From the IMG/VR virus record IMGVR_UViG_3300030376_001843, positions 1 through 38,004 of that record: DNA of 38,004 nucleotides; one strand, given 5' to 3'. The notes beneath the pieces are model-generated. The model made no database searches, was not told the origin of the DNA, and was given only the letters and a program-made list of their open reading frames with translations. This document shows, in pieces, positions 15,992 through 26,140 of this stretch. Each line of letters begins with the position of its first letter. The stretch's first letter is position 1. This DNA is from a virus. Taxonomy: Duplodnaviria > Caudoviricetes. The translations under genes and the position numbers were made by a program.

Positions 15992-18723
15992 TGGCAAATA
16001 AAAAACTATTATATTTAGAAGAAAAAGAAAGAAGAAATTTAGCAAATTCTAAAGAAAAAGCGTATTTAGAAGAAGCTAGAAACAGAGGGCTTATTAAAGG
16101 TAGGTCTTTTAGTATTAAAGAAAAAATTGGTGCTATTGGGCAAGGATTAAATACTGCTTTAGGAAATTTAGCTGGCACAACAGTAGATTTAGTTAATGAA
16201 TTGCCTAAATTAACAGGAAAAGCTCTGTCTAATGTAGGATATTTATTTCCCACACAGTATGGGCGTGCAGACCCTAAAGACAGTCCTTACTCTAAAATCC
16301 CTGTTTTAAACCAAACTATTACAGAATCTTTAGGTGGTACTCCTGATGCAATAGGAGGAAGAAAAAACATTACAAGTGCTTTAGCTAAAACAAACATGGG
16401 CTATAGAAATATAAAAGATATTCCTCCTAATTTAAGACCTTACGCAATAGGAGGAGAAGTTCTTGGAAATACTGCAAGTTTTGCAGCAGCACCTTATTTA
16501 GCAGTACGAAAAGCAGCAGCATCAGCATTAACACCAGAAAGTATATTAGCTCCTATACTAAGAAAAGCAAAAGAATCACCAGTTGAATTTGGTAGAAACG
16601 AAGCTATTATGGGAGGGTTAAGTGCTACAGGAGGAGGATTTGCAGAAACTCTAGTTCCTGGCAATCCTACTGCTAGAATGTATGGAGAAATTTTAGCTCC
16701 TTTATCACCCTCTACATTAGCAGCAAGAAATGTTCCAAATGCAATAAGATCGGCTAGAAGAGCAATAACTTCAAGATTTGGAGAAGAAGGAAAAAATAGA
16801 GAAGCTGCAAAAATTTTACAAGAAGCTGTAACTGCATCAGGAGGTAATCCAGAAGAAGTAGCAAAACAACTGTATAGCCCAGCATCAAAAAGTTTAACTT
16901 CTGGTCAAATAACAGGAGATAAAGGGTTATTAGCTATAGAAAAAAAATTACTATCTTTAAGTAGTCAAACAGCAGGTCTAGCTAACACAAGGACAAAAGA
17001 ATCTATAAAAGATTTTAATAAGCAATTTCAAACCATAATGGCAAGTGGTGATAAACAAAGTATGGTGCAAGCATCTGAAAAAAGACTAGAAGTTTTAACT
17101 GGGTATTTAGATAGCAGAGTAAAAATTGCAGAAGATTTATTAAATAAAAGAAGTGATGTTTTTCAAGCAATGCCAAAAACACAAGCAAATATACAAGCTA
17201 AAAATATTCTTTTAGACGCATTAAAAGACGGAAGAAAAACAGAAACAGAGTTATGGAATAAAATTGATAGAAAGCCAATAATTGTTGCATCAAATACAAA
17301 AAACACAATAGAAGATATTTATGCAAAATTAGCAAAAGGTAAAAAATTAGATAGCGTTTTAACTGCGTATAGAAAAGATTTTAAAAAAACTGATAATTTA
17401 ACAGCAGAAGAATTATTAAATTTAAAAACAGAAGCAGGAGCTAGTTACAGAGAATATACAGCAAATGGAAAATTTGCTCTTGCTAATCAATACAAAAGAA
17501 TAGAAAAATCTGTTAGAAATGATTTAGCAAAATTAGATTCTCCTGAAGTTATTGCAGCAAATAAATACTCAGCATATTTAAACGAAAATTTTACACAAAA
17601 ACCAGTTATTGCAAACATTTTAAAAAGAAATAGAGCTGGTGGAGAAAAAGTTAATAGTGAATTATCTTTAAATGCTGCCTTGCTTCCTAAAGATGTTGGT
17701 AATATTAATTTAAAAGATATAAGACAAGCAGCAGGTTTAGGAATAACTCCAACTTCAATAAATTCTGAAAGAGCTACAGATATGGCAGATTTACAAAATA
17801 ATTTATTACGAGGTTTAGCAGCAGAAACAAGAACAATTAATGATGTAGTTGACCCAAAAAAATTAGAAAATTTTGTAAAACAATATGCACCTTCATTAAA
17901 AACAGCAGGTTTATACAATCGTTTTGAAAATGTAATAGATGCTAAAAAAACTGCTGATAAAGTTATTAAAGCTGTAACAAAAATGAAAAAAAGTTACAAA
18001 GCAAAAAGCGTTACTTCACGAATTGCAAATAACGATATAAATAGAGTTATTAATTTTGCTTTTAATTCTAATAATAAAGCTAGAGATTTTGGGAGTATCG
18101 CAAAAGCAGTTGGTAGTAGAGGGCGAGAAGGTGCACAATACGCAATTATGGAAAATATTTTAGAAAGTGCTACAAGAAAAAATTCTACAGGAGAAGAAGT
18201 TGTTTTTGGTGCTGTAATTAAAGATAAATTAAATTCAACAACAGAAACAGGAGAAACAGTTGCTAATCTTTTGATAAGAAAAGGGTTATTAACTCGTAGA
18301 CAAAAAGAAAATATAGAAATATTAGCAAACAAAGCAGAAATTTTTGAAAATGCTATAAAAAGTTCAGAAACATTAGATGAATTATTAGAAACAGAAGATG
18401 TAATTTTTGAATTCTTTTTAAGAACATTAGGAGCAAAAGCAGCAGGACTAGGAATTGGAGGAAATTTTTCAGGTAGCGGTTTAATTGTTGCAGGTGCTGG
18501 TTCAAAAAGTTTTAGAAATATTTTAAGTAAAATGCCACAAGCTAAAATTAAAGATGTTTTAAAGGAAGCTATGTTTGACCCTAAAAAAATGGAATTACTT
18601 CTTCTTAAACCTGTAAATGCAGCAGGTAAAGCTAGACAAATACGACAATTAAACGCAGTTTTTTTGCAAGCAGGAATTGATTTAAGACTAGAAGAAGAAG
18701 AAGGCACATACATCGGAATGTAG
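15991..18723 (+). CDS. Large internal virion / DNA ejection protein 3
   Basis: 910 aa helical protein with G/A-rich membrane-like segments; last of the triplet. Confidence 0.65.
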   Translation: MANKKLLYLEEKERRNLANSKEKAYLEEARNRGLIKGRSFSIKEKIGAIGQGLNTALGNLAGTTVDLVNELPKLTGKALSNVGYLFPTQYGRADPKDSPYSKIPVLNQTITESLGGTPDAIGGRKNITSALAKTNMGYRNIKDIPPNLRPYAIGGEVLGNTASFAAAPYLAVRKAAASALTPESILAPILRKAKESPVEFGRNEAIMGGLSATGGGFAETLVPGNPTARMYGEILAPLSPSTLAARNVPNAIRSARRAITSRFGEEGKNREAAKILQEAVTASGGNPEEVAKQLYSPASKSLTSGQITGDKGLLAIEKKLLSLSSQTAGLANTRTKESIKDFNKQFQTIMASGDKQSMVQASEKRLEVLTGYLDSRVKIAEDLLNKRSDVFQAMPKTQANIQAKNILLDALKDGRKTETELWNKIDRKPIIVASNTKNTIEDIYAKLAKGKKLDSVLTAYRKDFKKTDNLTAEELLNLKTEAGASYREYTANGKFALANQYKRIEKSVRNDLAKLDSPEVIAANKYSAYLNENFTQKPVIANILKRNRAGGEKVNSELSLNAALLPKDVGNINLKDIRQAAGLGITPTSINSERATDMADLQNNLLRGLAAETRTINDVVDPKKLENFVKQYAPSLKTAGLYNRFENVIDAKKTADKVIKAVTKMKKSYKAKSVTSRIANNDINRVINFAFNSNNKARDFGSIAKAVGSRGREGAQYAIMENILESATRKNSTGEEVVFGAVIKDKLNSTTETGETVANLLIRKGLLTRRQKENIEILANKAEIFENAIKSSETLDELLETEDVIFEFFLRTLGAKAAGLGIGGNFSGSGLIVAGAGSKSFRNILSKMPQAKIKDVLKEAMFDPKKMELLLLKPVNAAGKARQIRQLNAVFLQAGIDLRLEEEEGTYIGM

Positions 18724-18788
18724 AAATTAGTGGAAATTAATATAAGAATAAGTAGTATAATAACAAAGACAAATAAAGGAGAAGAATA

Positions 18789-19847
18789 ATGGCGTGGTCA
18801 GGTGGTACATTTACAAGGTACAATGGAGCTTTTTCAGGTGCTGGAAGCTGGGCAAAGGATAGAGATGCAGGAACTAAAATTACTGCTTCTCACCATGACA
18901 CCAATGATGATGGATTAGCTACAGGTATTAATAGTTGTATAGAGAAAAGTGGATCAAATGCTTTTACAGGTAATGCTAATCTAGGAAGTCAAAAGATAAC
19001 AGCATTAGCAGATGGTACAGCACATACAGATGGTATAAATGCTGGTCAGATACAAGATGGTGGCCTAGTATTTCAAGCAAGTGATACAGGTTCGGCTGAT
19101 GCTTATGCTATAGCATTAACACCAGCAGTAACAGCTTATGTAGCAGGTCAAGAATTTAACTTTAAAGCAGGTGCAACTAGCACAGGAGCATCAACATTAA
19201 ATGTTAATGGTTTAGGTACTAAAAATATTAAAAAGAGAAATGACCAAGCTATAGCAGCAGGTGATATTGAAGAAGATGCGATAATTAAAGTCTTATATGA
19301 TGGAACATCTTTCCAAATGATATCACAATTAGGTACAAGTGCTGGTAGTATGACATCATTTACTTTAACTGGAGATAGTGGTTCTAATCAAACTATATCA
19401 GATTCTAATACAATGGACATTGCAGGTGGAACTGGTATTGATACAGTAGTGGGTGCTACTGATACTGTAACAGTAAGTGTGGATAGTACAATATGTAAGT
19501 TAAATGCAGCTAATACATGGGCAGCAGCACAACAAGGTCGCACATCAACTGCAAGTGTTACTGGTTCAACAACATTAGATTTTACTTATCAAAACTTTAT
19601 ATTGACAGCTACTGGTAATGTTACACTAGCAAATCCAAGTACAGAAGCAGCAGGTCAATCTGGTATTATAACATTAATACAAGATGGTACAGGAAGTCGT
19701 ACATTAAGTTTAGGAACAGATTATGAAACAGCAGGGGGTAGTGGTTTAACAATATCTACAGCAGCTAATGCTGTTGACATTATACCATATTTTGTTAAAG
19801 CGTCTGGTTCTATTCAATTAGGAGCACCACAACTTGCATTTAGTTAG
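18789..19847 (+). CDS. Tail fibre protein (proximal)
   Basis: G/T/A-rich; TGASTLNVNGLG, TLTGDSG and IQDGTGSRTL modules typical of phage fibres. Confidence 0.8.
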   Translation: MAWSGGTFTRYNGAFSGAGSWAKDRDAGTKITASHHDTNDDGLATGINSCIEKSGSNAFTGNANLGSQKITALADGTAHTDGINAGQIQDGGLVFQASDTGSADAYAIALTPAVTAYVAGQEFNFKAGATSTGASTLNVNGLGTKNIKKRNDQAIAAGDIEEDAIIKVLYDGTSFQMISQLGTSAGSMTSFTLTGDSGSNQTISDSNTMDIAGGTGIDTVVGATDTVTVSVDSTICKLNAANTWAAAQQGRTSTASVTGSTTLDFTYQNFILTATGNVTLANPSTEAAGQSGIITLIQDGTGSRTLSLGTDYETAGGSGLTISTAANAVDIIPYFVKASGSIQLGAPQLAFS

Positions 19848-19855
19848 GATAAAAA

Positions 19856-22396
19856 ATGTTTAATAGTGAATTATGGCAAAAACCAACAGCAGCAGGTGCA
19901 ACTGGTATTTACCCTTACCAAATAGCTAATTCTTTAAGACTAAATGGTACAAGCCAAGCATTAGAAAGAAGTTTTAGTAGTGCTGCATCTGATGATGATA
20001 AAAAAGCATTATCTTTTTGGATAAAAAGGTCTGCTGCTGGTGGTACTAATTCAGCATTTGGCAGTACAACCAATACTAAATTATGTTCTTCTTCTACTGG
20101 TAGTGGTGCTGTTTCTGATATGTTAGAAATTAATACAAATAATCCAACTGGATATAGTGATCAATTTCATTATTATCTTGCTAGTGGAGGATCTAATTTT
20201 TTAAAAGCTAAATGGAGAGACCCATCTGCTTGGATGCATATAGTATGGATTTATAATTCTGATGAATCAACAACAACTGATAGACTTAAAGTTTATATTA
20301 ATGGTGAAAGTAATACTATAAACGATTCTACTTATTGGGATAATGATGGTAACAATGGCTATCCAAGTTCAGGTGCAGATACATCATTTGGTAAAAATGG
20401 AAATGAAATGCACATAGGCAGGTATGTATATAATGATGCTGGCTGGTGGGGTGGTCAAATAGCTGACTTTATTATGATTGATGGTGCAGCATCTATTTCT
20501 GATTTTGGTGAAACGCATAATGGAATTTGGAGACCTGTTAATCCTTCAGGACTGACATTTGGTAATAATGGATTTTGGTTAGATTTTAAATCTGCTAGTG
20601 ATCCAGGCAATGATGCATCAGGAAATAATAATGATTTTACTAATATTGGTAGCATACCAGCAAGTGCTACAACATTAGATAGTCCTACCTTCAACTCTGG
20701 TTCTAATGGTGGTAATTTTTGTACATTAAATTCTATATATCCTGATATTACAGCAGCAAGAATTACTAATGGTAATTTAGCATGGGGTGGTTCAGCAGGT
20801 GGTGGTTCTGTTAATGAACAAGGTTGTATGAGTACCTTTGCTATACCACCAAGTGATACTAATATATATTATTTTGAAGCGAGAATGAAAACTGGTTATA
20901 GTGGTGGAATAGAACAATCAGTAGGTGTTAATATACCAACTGTAGATTTAACTTCAGATAGAGGAGGTAGACCTACTGCATGGTGTATTACAAATACAGA
21001 TTATGTAAGACTATATAATGGTTCAAATAGTTATACCCAATATGATGCTGCTGGTAGTGGTAGTGCAGGTGATATTTTAGCTGTAAAAATAGATAGAGCA
21101 AATACTACAATTACATTTTATAAAAATGGTACTTTGGTTGGTTCACAAACAAATTTAAACACAACGACAGATTTATATCCTTGGGTTGGAACTGGAGGTT
21201 CAACAAGTGATGCTTTAGGTTTTGATATGAATTTTGGTCAGAATGGTACTTTTAATGGATTAGTTACAGCACAAGGTGAAACTGATATTACTGGCTATGG
21301 TAACTTTTATTATGATGAAGCAGGTTCTTTTAAAGCATTATGTTCTGGCAATTTACCACTAGCTGATGCAATAAATCCTGCTGAAACTGATGACGATTAT
21401 CCACAGAAATTATTTAGTGCTTTAGCATACTCTGGTGGAACAACTGGTCATGTAACTGGTTTTAAACCAGATTTGGTATGGGTAAAAGCTAGAAGTACAA
21501 GTCAAAGTAATGGTTTGTGGGATAGTTCAAGAGGAACTACTAAAGTATTAAATTCAAATGGTACAGGTGAGGAAGCCACATCTTCTGGTTTAACAGCTTT
21601 TAATACTGATGGTTATGATATGGGAACATACTATAATCAAGGAGCAAATACTTATGCTTCATGGTCATGGAGAGCAAATGGTGGAACAACATCTACAGAT
21701 AGTAATGGTTCAGTAAGTTCTACAGTACAAGCTGATCCTTCTGGTAGTTTTTCTATGGTAAAATTTGTAGGAGGTATAAGTGGTGCTGGTACAGAAACTG
21801 TTGGACATGGATTAAATAAAGCTCCTTCAATGATTATAAATTTCTGCTATGATGATTTAGATGGAGGAGATGGTAATAGGTGGGTAAGAAGTGATGAATT
21901 AACAAATTGGAATTATGTTCTTAAACTTAATGATACTGCTGCTGCAGTAGATAAATCTGGTAATGGTAATATGTCAGCTCCTACTTCAACTGTTTTTTCA
22001 ATAAATAATACAGATATATTAGGAGCTGGTTCTCAAAAAATTATATCTTATTGTTTTGCAAATATGGAAGGCTATTGCAAAACAGGATCATACACTGGAA
22101 ATGCTTCTACAGATAATGCATTTGTCTATACTGGATTTAGACCTGCATTTGTATTAACAAAAGGTGTTAATAGTGGAGATGGGTGGAATATTCATGATGA
22201 TGCAACTTCTCCTTTTAATGTTGCTGATACTGTTCTTCAAGCAAATACAGATAGTGCAGAGTTAAGTAATTATAATATAGATATTCTGAGTAATGGCTTT
22301 AAAGTACGAGATGCAGATGGAGATTTAGGTGCAGCTAGAACATATATTTATCTAGCCATAGCAAAAAATTCATTTAAATACGCAACAGCAAGATAA
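19856..22396 (+). CDS. Receptor-binding fibre/spike with LamG/ConA-like and SPRY-like domains
   Basis: SLRLNG..., SFWIKR, RDPSAWMHIV, R.KVYING, YYFEA, GFKPDLVWVK and YTGFRPAFV motifs. Confidence 0.8.
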   Translation: MFNSELWQKPTAAGATGIYPYQIANSLRLNGTSQALERSFSSAASDDDKKALSFWIKRSAAGGTNSAFGSTTNTKLCSSSTGSGAVSDMLEINTNNPTGYSDQFHYYLASGGSNFLKAKWRDPSAWMHIVWIYNSDESTTTDRLKVYINGESNTINDSTYWDNDGNNGYPSSGADTSFGKNGNEMHIGRYVYNDAGWWGGQIADFIMIDGAASISDFGETHNGIWRPVNPSGLTFGNNGFWLDFKSASDPGNDASGNNNDFTNIGSIPASATTLDSPTFNSGSNGGNFCTLNSIYPDITAARITNGNLAWGGSAGGGSVNEQGCMSTFAIPPSDTNIYYFEARMKTGYSGGIEQSVGVNIPTVDLTSDRGGRPTAWCITNTDYVRLYNGSNSYTQYDAAGSGSAGDILAVKIDRANTTITFYKNGTLVGSQTNLNTTTDLYPWVGTGGSTSDALGFDMNFGQNGTFNGLVTAQGETDITGYGNFYYDEAGSFKALCSGNLPLADAINPAETDDDYPQKLFSALAYSGGTTGHVTGFKPDLVWVKARSTSQSNGLWDSSRGTTKVLNSNGTGEEATSSGLTAFNTDGYDMGTYYNQGANTYASWSWRANGGTTSTDSNGSVSSTVQADPSGSFSMVKFVGGISGAGTETVGHGLNKAPSMIINFCYDDLDGGDGNRWVRSDELTNWNYVLKLNDTAAAVDKSGNGNMSAPTSTVFSINNTDILGAGSQKIISYCFANMEGYCKTGSYTGNASTDNAFVYTGFRPAFVLTKGVNSGDGWNIHDDATSPFNVADTVLQANTDSAELSNYNIDILSNGFKVRDADGDLGAARTYIYLAIAKNSFKYATAR

Positions 22397-22407
22397 AGGA
22401 GAAAACA

Positions 22408-23049
22408 ATGTGGGCGTTAATAAAAAGTAATAAAATAGAAGAAATAATATCTAATCCAAAAGAAATGATAATAGATGATGTTCGACACCCTAGAGCATTA
22501 TTTAGTGCTTGGACAGATGCCGAAAGAAAAGCTATTGGTATATTGCCAGTAACAATAAGTGGGACATCTCTTAATAGTGCTTATTACATAGAAAAGAATG
22601 AAGCATTTGCTATAGCAGGTGATAAGAATAGTGTTGTAAGAACTATTGGAGAAAAAGCAGCCGATAGAAAACTAGAAGATGAAGATGCTAAAGACCAAGA
22701 TGGTAATAAATTAAAAGACAAAGATGGCAATCAAGTAATAAATTATGGTTTAAAAACTAATGCTAAAAACAAAGCAACAACAGATGCTAATGGTTTATTA
22801 CAAGGATTTGATTGGCTAATACAACGCAAAGTTACTGCTGATACTGCAATCCCTTCAGATGTAATTACCTATATGGCAGCAATTCGTACCGACCATAAAG
22901 CAATATGTGATGCTATTGATGGTGCTAGTGATTTAGATGCTTTTATTGCATTGCATAATGATACATATAAAGGTGATGGCACAGTAGATGTTGTTGCAAG
23001 AGTAAATCGTTGGACAGACGATAAAGATGTAAAGCAACATAGAAGATAG
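22408..23049 (+). CDS. Tail fibre assembly/chaperone-like protein
   Basis: Follows the fibre; WTxAERKAIGI and DWLIxRK...IPxDVxTY..AIR motifs. Confidence 0.6.
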   Translation: MWALIKSNKIEEIISNPKEMIIDDVRHPRALFSAWTDAERKAIGILPVTISGTSLNSAYYIEKNEAFAIAGDKNSVVRTIGEKAADRKLEDEDAKDQDGNKLKDKDGNQVINYGLKTNAKNKATTDANGLLQGFDWLIQRKVTADTAIPSDVITYMAAIRTDHKAICDAIDGASDLDAFIALHNDTYKGDGTVDVVARVNRWTDDKDVKQHRR

Positions 23050-23051
23050 TT

Positions 23052-23225
23052 ATGACTAGAATATCAGCAGAAAGAGTTAAAGCTAAATTAGACACTCATG
23101 AAGCTGTATGTGCTGAAAGATGGAAAGAAACTATACTGCGTATAAAACGCCTAGAAGCTATCTTTATTGCATTTAGTGGTGCAACTATGCTAATGTTAGT
23201 AACAATAATTATAAAGCAACTGTAG
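23052..23225 (+). CDS. Small membrane protein (57 aa), XhlA/holin-like
   Basis: Read by hand: ...HEAVCAERW...IKRLEAIFIAFSGATMLMLVTIII; coiled coil plus C-terminal TM helix. Confidence 0.65.
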   Translation: MTRISAERVKAKLDTHEAVCAERWKETILRIKRLEAIFIAFSGATMLMLVTIIIKQL

Positions 23226-23234
23226 GGCTTTAAA

Positions 23235-23486
23235 ATGGCAACAAATAATGAAGCAAGACAAATAGCAATAAGAACAGTAACTTCAACCGCAGGTACTGTA
23301 AATGAAGATTGGTTAGCTTTGTTTACTGCTCGGTCTATTCCTGCTGGAACATTTAATGAAAGATTATTAGCATATATTAATGGTGAGTTAAGTGCATCTT
23401 ATACTGATGTGAATTTAGCTTTACAAGCATTTGCTGTAGATCAAGATGATTATAATTTTTCTAGTATGGGAACATTTACACCATGA
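23235..23486 (+). CDS. Hypothetical protein, paralog of 23483-23788
   Basis: Shares RQ...R...GTxNEDW..F....GTFxExxLAYxN with the next ORF. Confidence 0.75.
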   Translation: MATNNEARQIAIRTVTSTAGTVNEDWLALFTARSIPAGTFNERLLAYINGELSASYTDVNLALQAFAVDQDDYNFSSMGTFTP

Positions 23487-23788
23487 CACAACAATCACTA
23501 CGACAAGCAAGTTGCCGAACAGAAGCAGGAACAACTGGTACTTATAATGAGGACTGGAATAAAGTTTTTGCAGATTCAGGCTTTACAACTGGAACTTTTT
23601 CAGAAAAGATGTTGGCATATACTAATGCACAAGGTAGTGCATGGGATAATGGACAATGGGATGTTTCTGAATGGGGAGAAGGACCATTTACAAATGTGAA
23701 TGAAGCTATGGGGCAGTTGGGTAAACAAAATGGAACAACAGCACCTGGAAGTTTATGGTCGCAATTAGGCACATTTAGTGCAGAATAG
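23483..23788 (+). CDS. Hypothetical protein, paralog of 23235-23486, with a Trp-repeat insertion
   Basis: Alignment by eye; ATGA coupling. Confidence 0.75.
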   Translation: MTQQSLRQASCRTEAGTTGTYNEDWNKVFADSGFTTGTFSEKMLAYTNAQGSAWDNGQWDVSEWGEGPFTNVNEAMGQLGKQNGTTAPGSLWSQLGTFSAE

Positions 23789-23797
23789 GAGAATAAC

Positions 23798-23992
23798 ATG
23801 GACGCAATATTAAATTTAGTAAGTGGAGCACCTGCTTGGGTTTCTGCTGTAACAGCTTTAGTAACAGCTGCAACGGCAATCACAGCCCTAACACCTACAA
23901 AAACAGACGACAAAGCAATTTCTTTTATACTACGCATACTTAATTTAGTAGCTGGTAATATTGGAAAGAATACAAACAAGGACGATAAATAA
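23798..23992 (+). CDS. Putative holin
   Basis: 64 aa, hydrophobic helix, TPTKxDD motif, charged C-terminus, located in the lysis region. Confidence 0.55.
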   Translation: MDAILNLVSGAPAWVSAVTALVTAATAITALTPTKTDDKAISFILRILNLVAGNIGKNTNKDDK

Positions 23993-24198
23993 TGGGTTGG
24001 CTTTCTGCATTAGGTGGCATAGCTAAATTAGGAGCAAAATTATTTGGCTTTATGATGATGCGGAAAGCAGTCCAAGCTGATGTTATGAAAGAACAATTAG
24101 ACGATATAAGGGTAGCTGATGAAGTTAAAAAGAAAATTAATGCTACTTCTACTATTGCTAAGCGTAGCAAGTTGCGGAAGTATAGGAAGCGGAAATAA
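23992..24198 (+). CDS. Putative inner-membrane spanin (Rz-like)
   Basis: N-terminal hydrophobic segment then a helical domain; overlapped by a lipoprotein ORF. Confidence 0.55.
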   Translation: MGWLSALGGIAKLGAKLFGFMMMRKAVQADVMKEQLDDIRVADEVKKKINATSTIAKRSKLRKYRKRK

Positions 24199-24319
24199 AG
24201 GCTATTGTATAATATCCAGTCCGATTAATCCTACTGATGCAGATATAGATGTTATATCTGACGAACTTGTTGACGACTTATTAATCCATAATGAAATCTA
24301 TGAAAGGTTATGTGAGTAA
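24119..24319 (+). CDS. Putative outer-membrane lipoprotein spanin (Rz1-like)
   Basis: Basic N-terminus, LLLLLLSVAS-C lipobox, overlaps the Rz-like gene in another frame. Confidence 0.65.
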   Translation: MKLKRKLMLLLLLLSVASCGSIGSGNKGYCIISSPINPTDADIDVISDELVDDLLIHNEIYERLCE

Positions 24320-24678
24320 TGTACGAATATCGTTGCATATTACGAAGGGTTATTGATGGTGATACAATAGATGTTGATATCGATTTGGGATTTAAAGTGT
24401 TCTTGCAGAAAGAACGAGTGCGTTTATATGGAATTAACACGCCTGAAAGCAGAACAAGAAACTTGGAAGAAAAGAAGTTGGGTTTGGCTGCGAAGGCTAG
24501 GCTTAAAGAACTCTTGCCAAAGACTTTTATTGTAAGAACAGAAAAAGATGGTAAAGGAAAGTTTGGTAGAATATTAGGTATACCTTTAGTTGATGATGTT
24601 AATATATGTGAGCAATTAATAGAAGAAGGTCATGCTAGAAGTTATTTTGGTTATGGACCTAAAGAATCATGGGTATAA
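24319..24678 (+). CDS. Thermonuclease (SNase-like) family nuclease
   Basis: RVIDGDTI, RVRLYGINTPE, GKFGRILG and LIEEGHA motifs. Confidence 0.9.
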   Translation: MYEYRCILRRVIDGDTIDVDIDLGFKVFLQKERVRLYGINTPESRTRNLEEKKLGLAAKARLKELLPKTFIVRTEKDGKGKFGRILGIPLVDDVNICEQLIEEGHARSYFGYGPKESWV

Positions 24679-24687
24679 GGAGAAACT

Positions 24688-24864
24688 ATGTTTGAATGGC
24701 TTAATGGTTGGTTTACGCCAACACCTAAAGAAGTAGATTTAAATAAACTTACAAAACTACAATTAGAAGCTAAAGGTAGGAAGTTAGGCATTGAACTAGA
24801 TAGACGATTAAAAAAAGATAAACTTATTAAACAAGTACAAAAACAAATTAAGAAAGGAAAATAA
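24688..24864 (+). CDS. Small basic protein (58 aa) with a Rho-N/HeH-like motif
   Basis: Read by hand: DLNKLTKLQLEAKGRKLGIELDRRLKKDKLI; SD AAGGAG. Confidence 0.65.
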   Translation: MFEWLNGWFTPTPKEVDLNKLTKLQLEAKGRKLGIELDRRLKKDKLIKQVQKQIKKGK

Positions 24865-24865
24865 A

Positions 24866-25129
24866 ATGGCAATGATTAAACATAATTATCCTCGTTCTCA
24901 ACATAGAGGTGCTGTGCCTGTTGGCTCAACTTTTGCACCTGAATTAACAAGAGGAACTTCTAATCAACCTAACGAACAACAAATGTTAGCACAAGCACTT
25001 AGAGGTAGAAGTATTATGCCGCAACAACAATTAACAGAAGAAGAAATAAGGATTGTCGAGCAATTAGTGCGACAAGGTATGAACGAACAACAAGCTATAC
25101 AACAAGTAATGAGTATGAAAAGTGGATAA
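24866..25129 (+). CDS. Hypothetical Q-rich protein
   Basis: ORF track; SD AAGGA. Confidence 0.65.
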   Translation: MAMIKHNYPRSQHRGAVPVGSTFAPELTRGTSNQPNEQQMLAQALRGRSIMPQQQLTEEEIRIVEQLVRQGMNEQQAIQQVMSMKSG

Positions 25130-25586
25130 AAAGAAATTAGTAGATTTAATATCTAACCATGAAGGTGTAATTTTAAAAGTATATGATGATGGTACAGGTA
25201 AAGAATTAAAAGCTGGTGATATACTTATTGGACACCCAACAATAGGTGTAGGAAGAAATGTTGCTAAAGATGGTCTAGGAATATCACAAGAAGAAGCAGA
25301 ATTTATGCTTATGAATGATATTGAAAGAGTAGAAGAAGAAATTAAAAACTTTCCAATAGAAAATTTAAACGAAGCACGCAGAGCTATAATAATAGATATG
25401 GCTTTTAATATGGGTATAACACGATTTAATCCTACTATGTGGCCTAGTTTTTTTAAAGCTGTAGTTAATGAAGATTATGGAGAAGCATCAAAAGAAATGT
25501 TAGATAGTAACTGGGCAAGACAAACAAAAAGAAGAAGTAAACGATTATCTGATATGATGTTATTAGGAGATTGGATTGAAGAATGA
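25122..25586 (+). CDS. Endolysin, T4-type lysozyme (GH24)
   Basis: HEG...YDD...TIGVGRN, DMAFNMG and EMLDSxWARQT..R motifs; GTG start. Confidence 0.92.
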   Translation: MDKKKLVDLISNHEGVILKVYDDGTGKELKAGDILIGHPTIGVGRNVAKDGLGISQEEAEFMLMNDIERVEEEIKNFPIENLNEARRAIIIDMAFNMGITRFNPTMWPSFFKAVVNEDYGEASKEMLDSNWARQTKRRSKRLSDMMLLGDWIEE

Positions 25587-26140
25587 CAGGAAAATTATGG
25601 GCGATTTTATTTGTAGTTTTTTTCTTGTCATGGTTGTCTTGGTGTAGTATAGCAAAAGCACAAACGAATACTGTATCAAGTACAAGTTCAACAGTAAGTG
25701 GCACAACTACAGTAGATAGAACTCCCTCTACAGCGTCAGCCCCAAGCGTTGTCATCAATAATCAAGATGTCTGTAGTTTTGCTGCTAGTGCTGCATTACA
25801 AACACAAATACTAGGTTTAGCAGGTGGTGGTGCTATTAGAGATTTAAATTGTGAAAGACTTAAATTATCTAGGGCATTGTTCCGTATGGGTATGAAAGTA
25901 GGAGCAGTTGCTATGCTATGTCAAGACGCTAGAATTTTTCAAGCTATGGAAATGGCAGGTACACCTTGCCCATATTATGGTAAGATTGGTTTAGAAGCTG
26001 CAAAAGGATGGGCAGAGAATCCTGAGAAAAGACCTGATTATGATAAATGGGTAAAAGAAAATTTTAAAGATGAGGAGATAGTAACTGATGAAAGTGCTTT
26101 GGGTATTTTTAGTGTTTTACTTATATTGCTTTTCCTCTAA
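25583..26140 (+). CDS. Exported cysteine-containing protein with a C-terminal membrane anchor
   Basis: Signal peptide (AKA|Q), S/T-rich linker, NCERLKL...LCQD...AGTPCP, hydrophobic C-terminus. Confidence 0.75.
   Translation: MTGKLWAILFVVFFLSWLSWCSIAKAQTNTVSSTSSTVSGTTTVDRTPSTASAPSVVINNQDVCSFAASAALQTQILGLAGGGAIRDLNCERLKLSRALFRMGMKVGAVAMLCQDARIFQAMEMAGTPCPYYGKIGLEAAKGWAENPEKRPDYDKWVKENFKDEEIVTDESALGIFSVLLILLFL

Noticed and set aside
17487-18713. Long antisense ORFs (143 and 239 aa) inside the 910-aa ejection gene
   Set aside because: Typical stop-poor reverse frames of a codon-biased gene; S/F/L-rich, no SD and no motifs.
18789-23049. Diversity-generating retroelement or invertible tail-fibre switch
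   Set aside because: No reverse transcriptase or invertase, and no template/variable repeat pair or inverted repeats were seen.
23542-23979. 145-aa minus-strand ORF across the lysis region
   Set aside because: Overlaps two well-supported plus-strand genes; no independent evidence.
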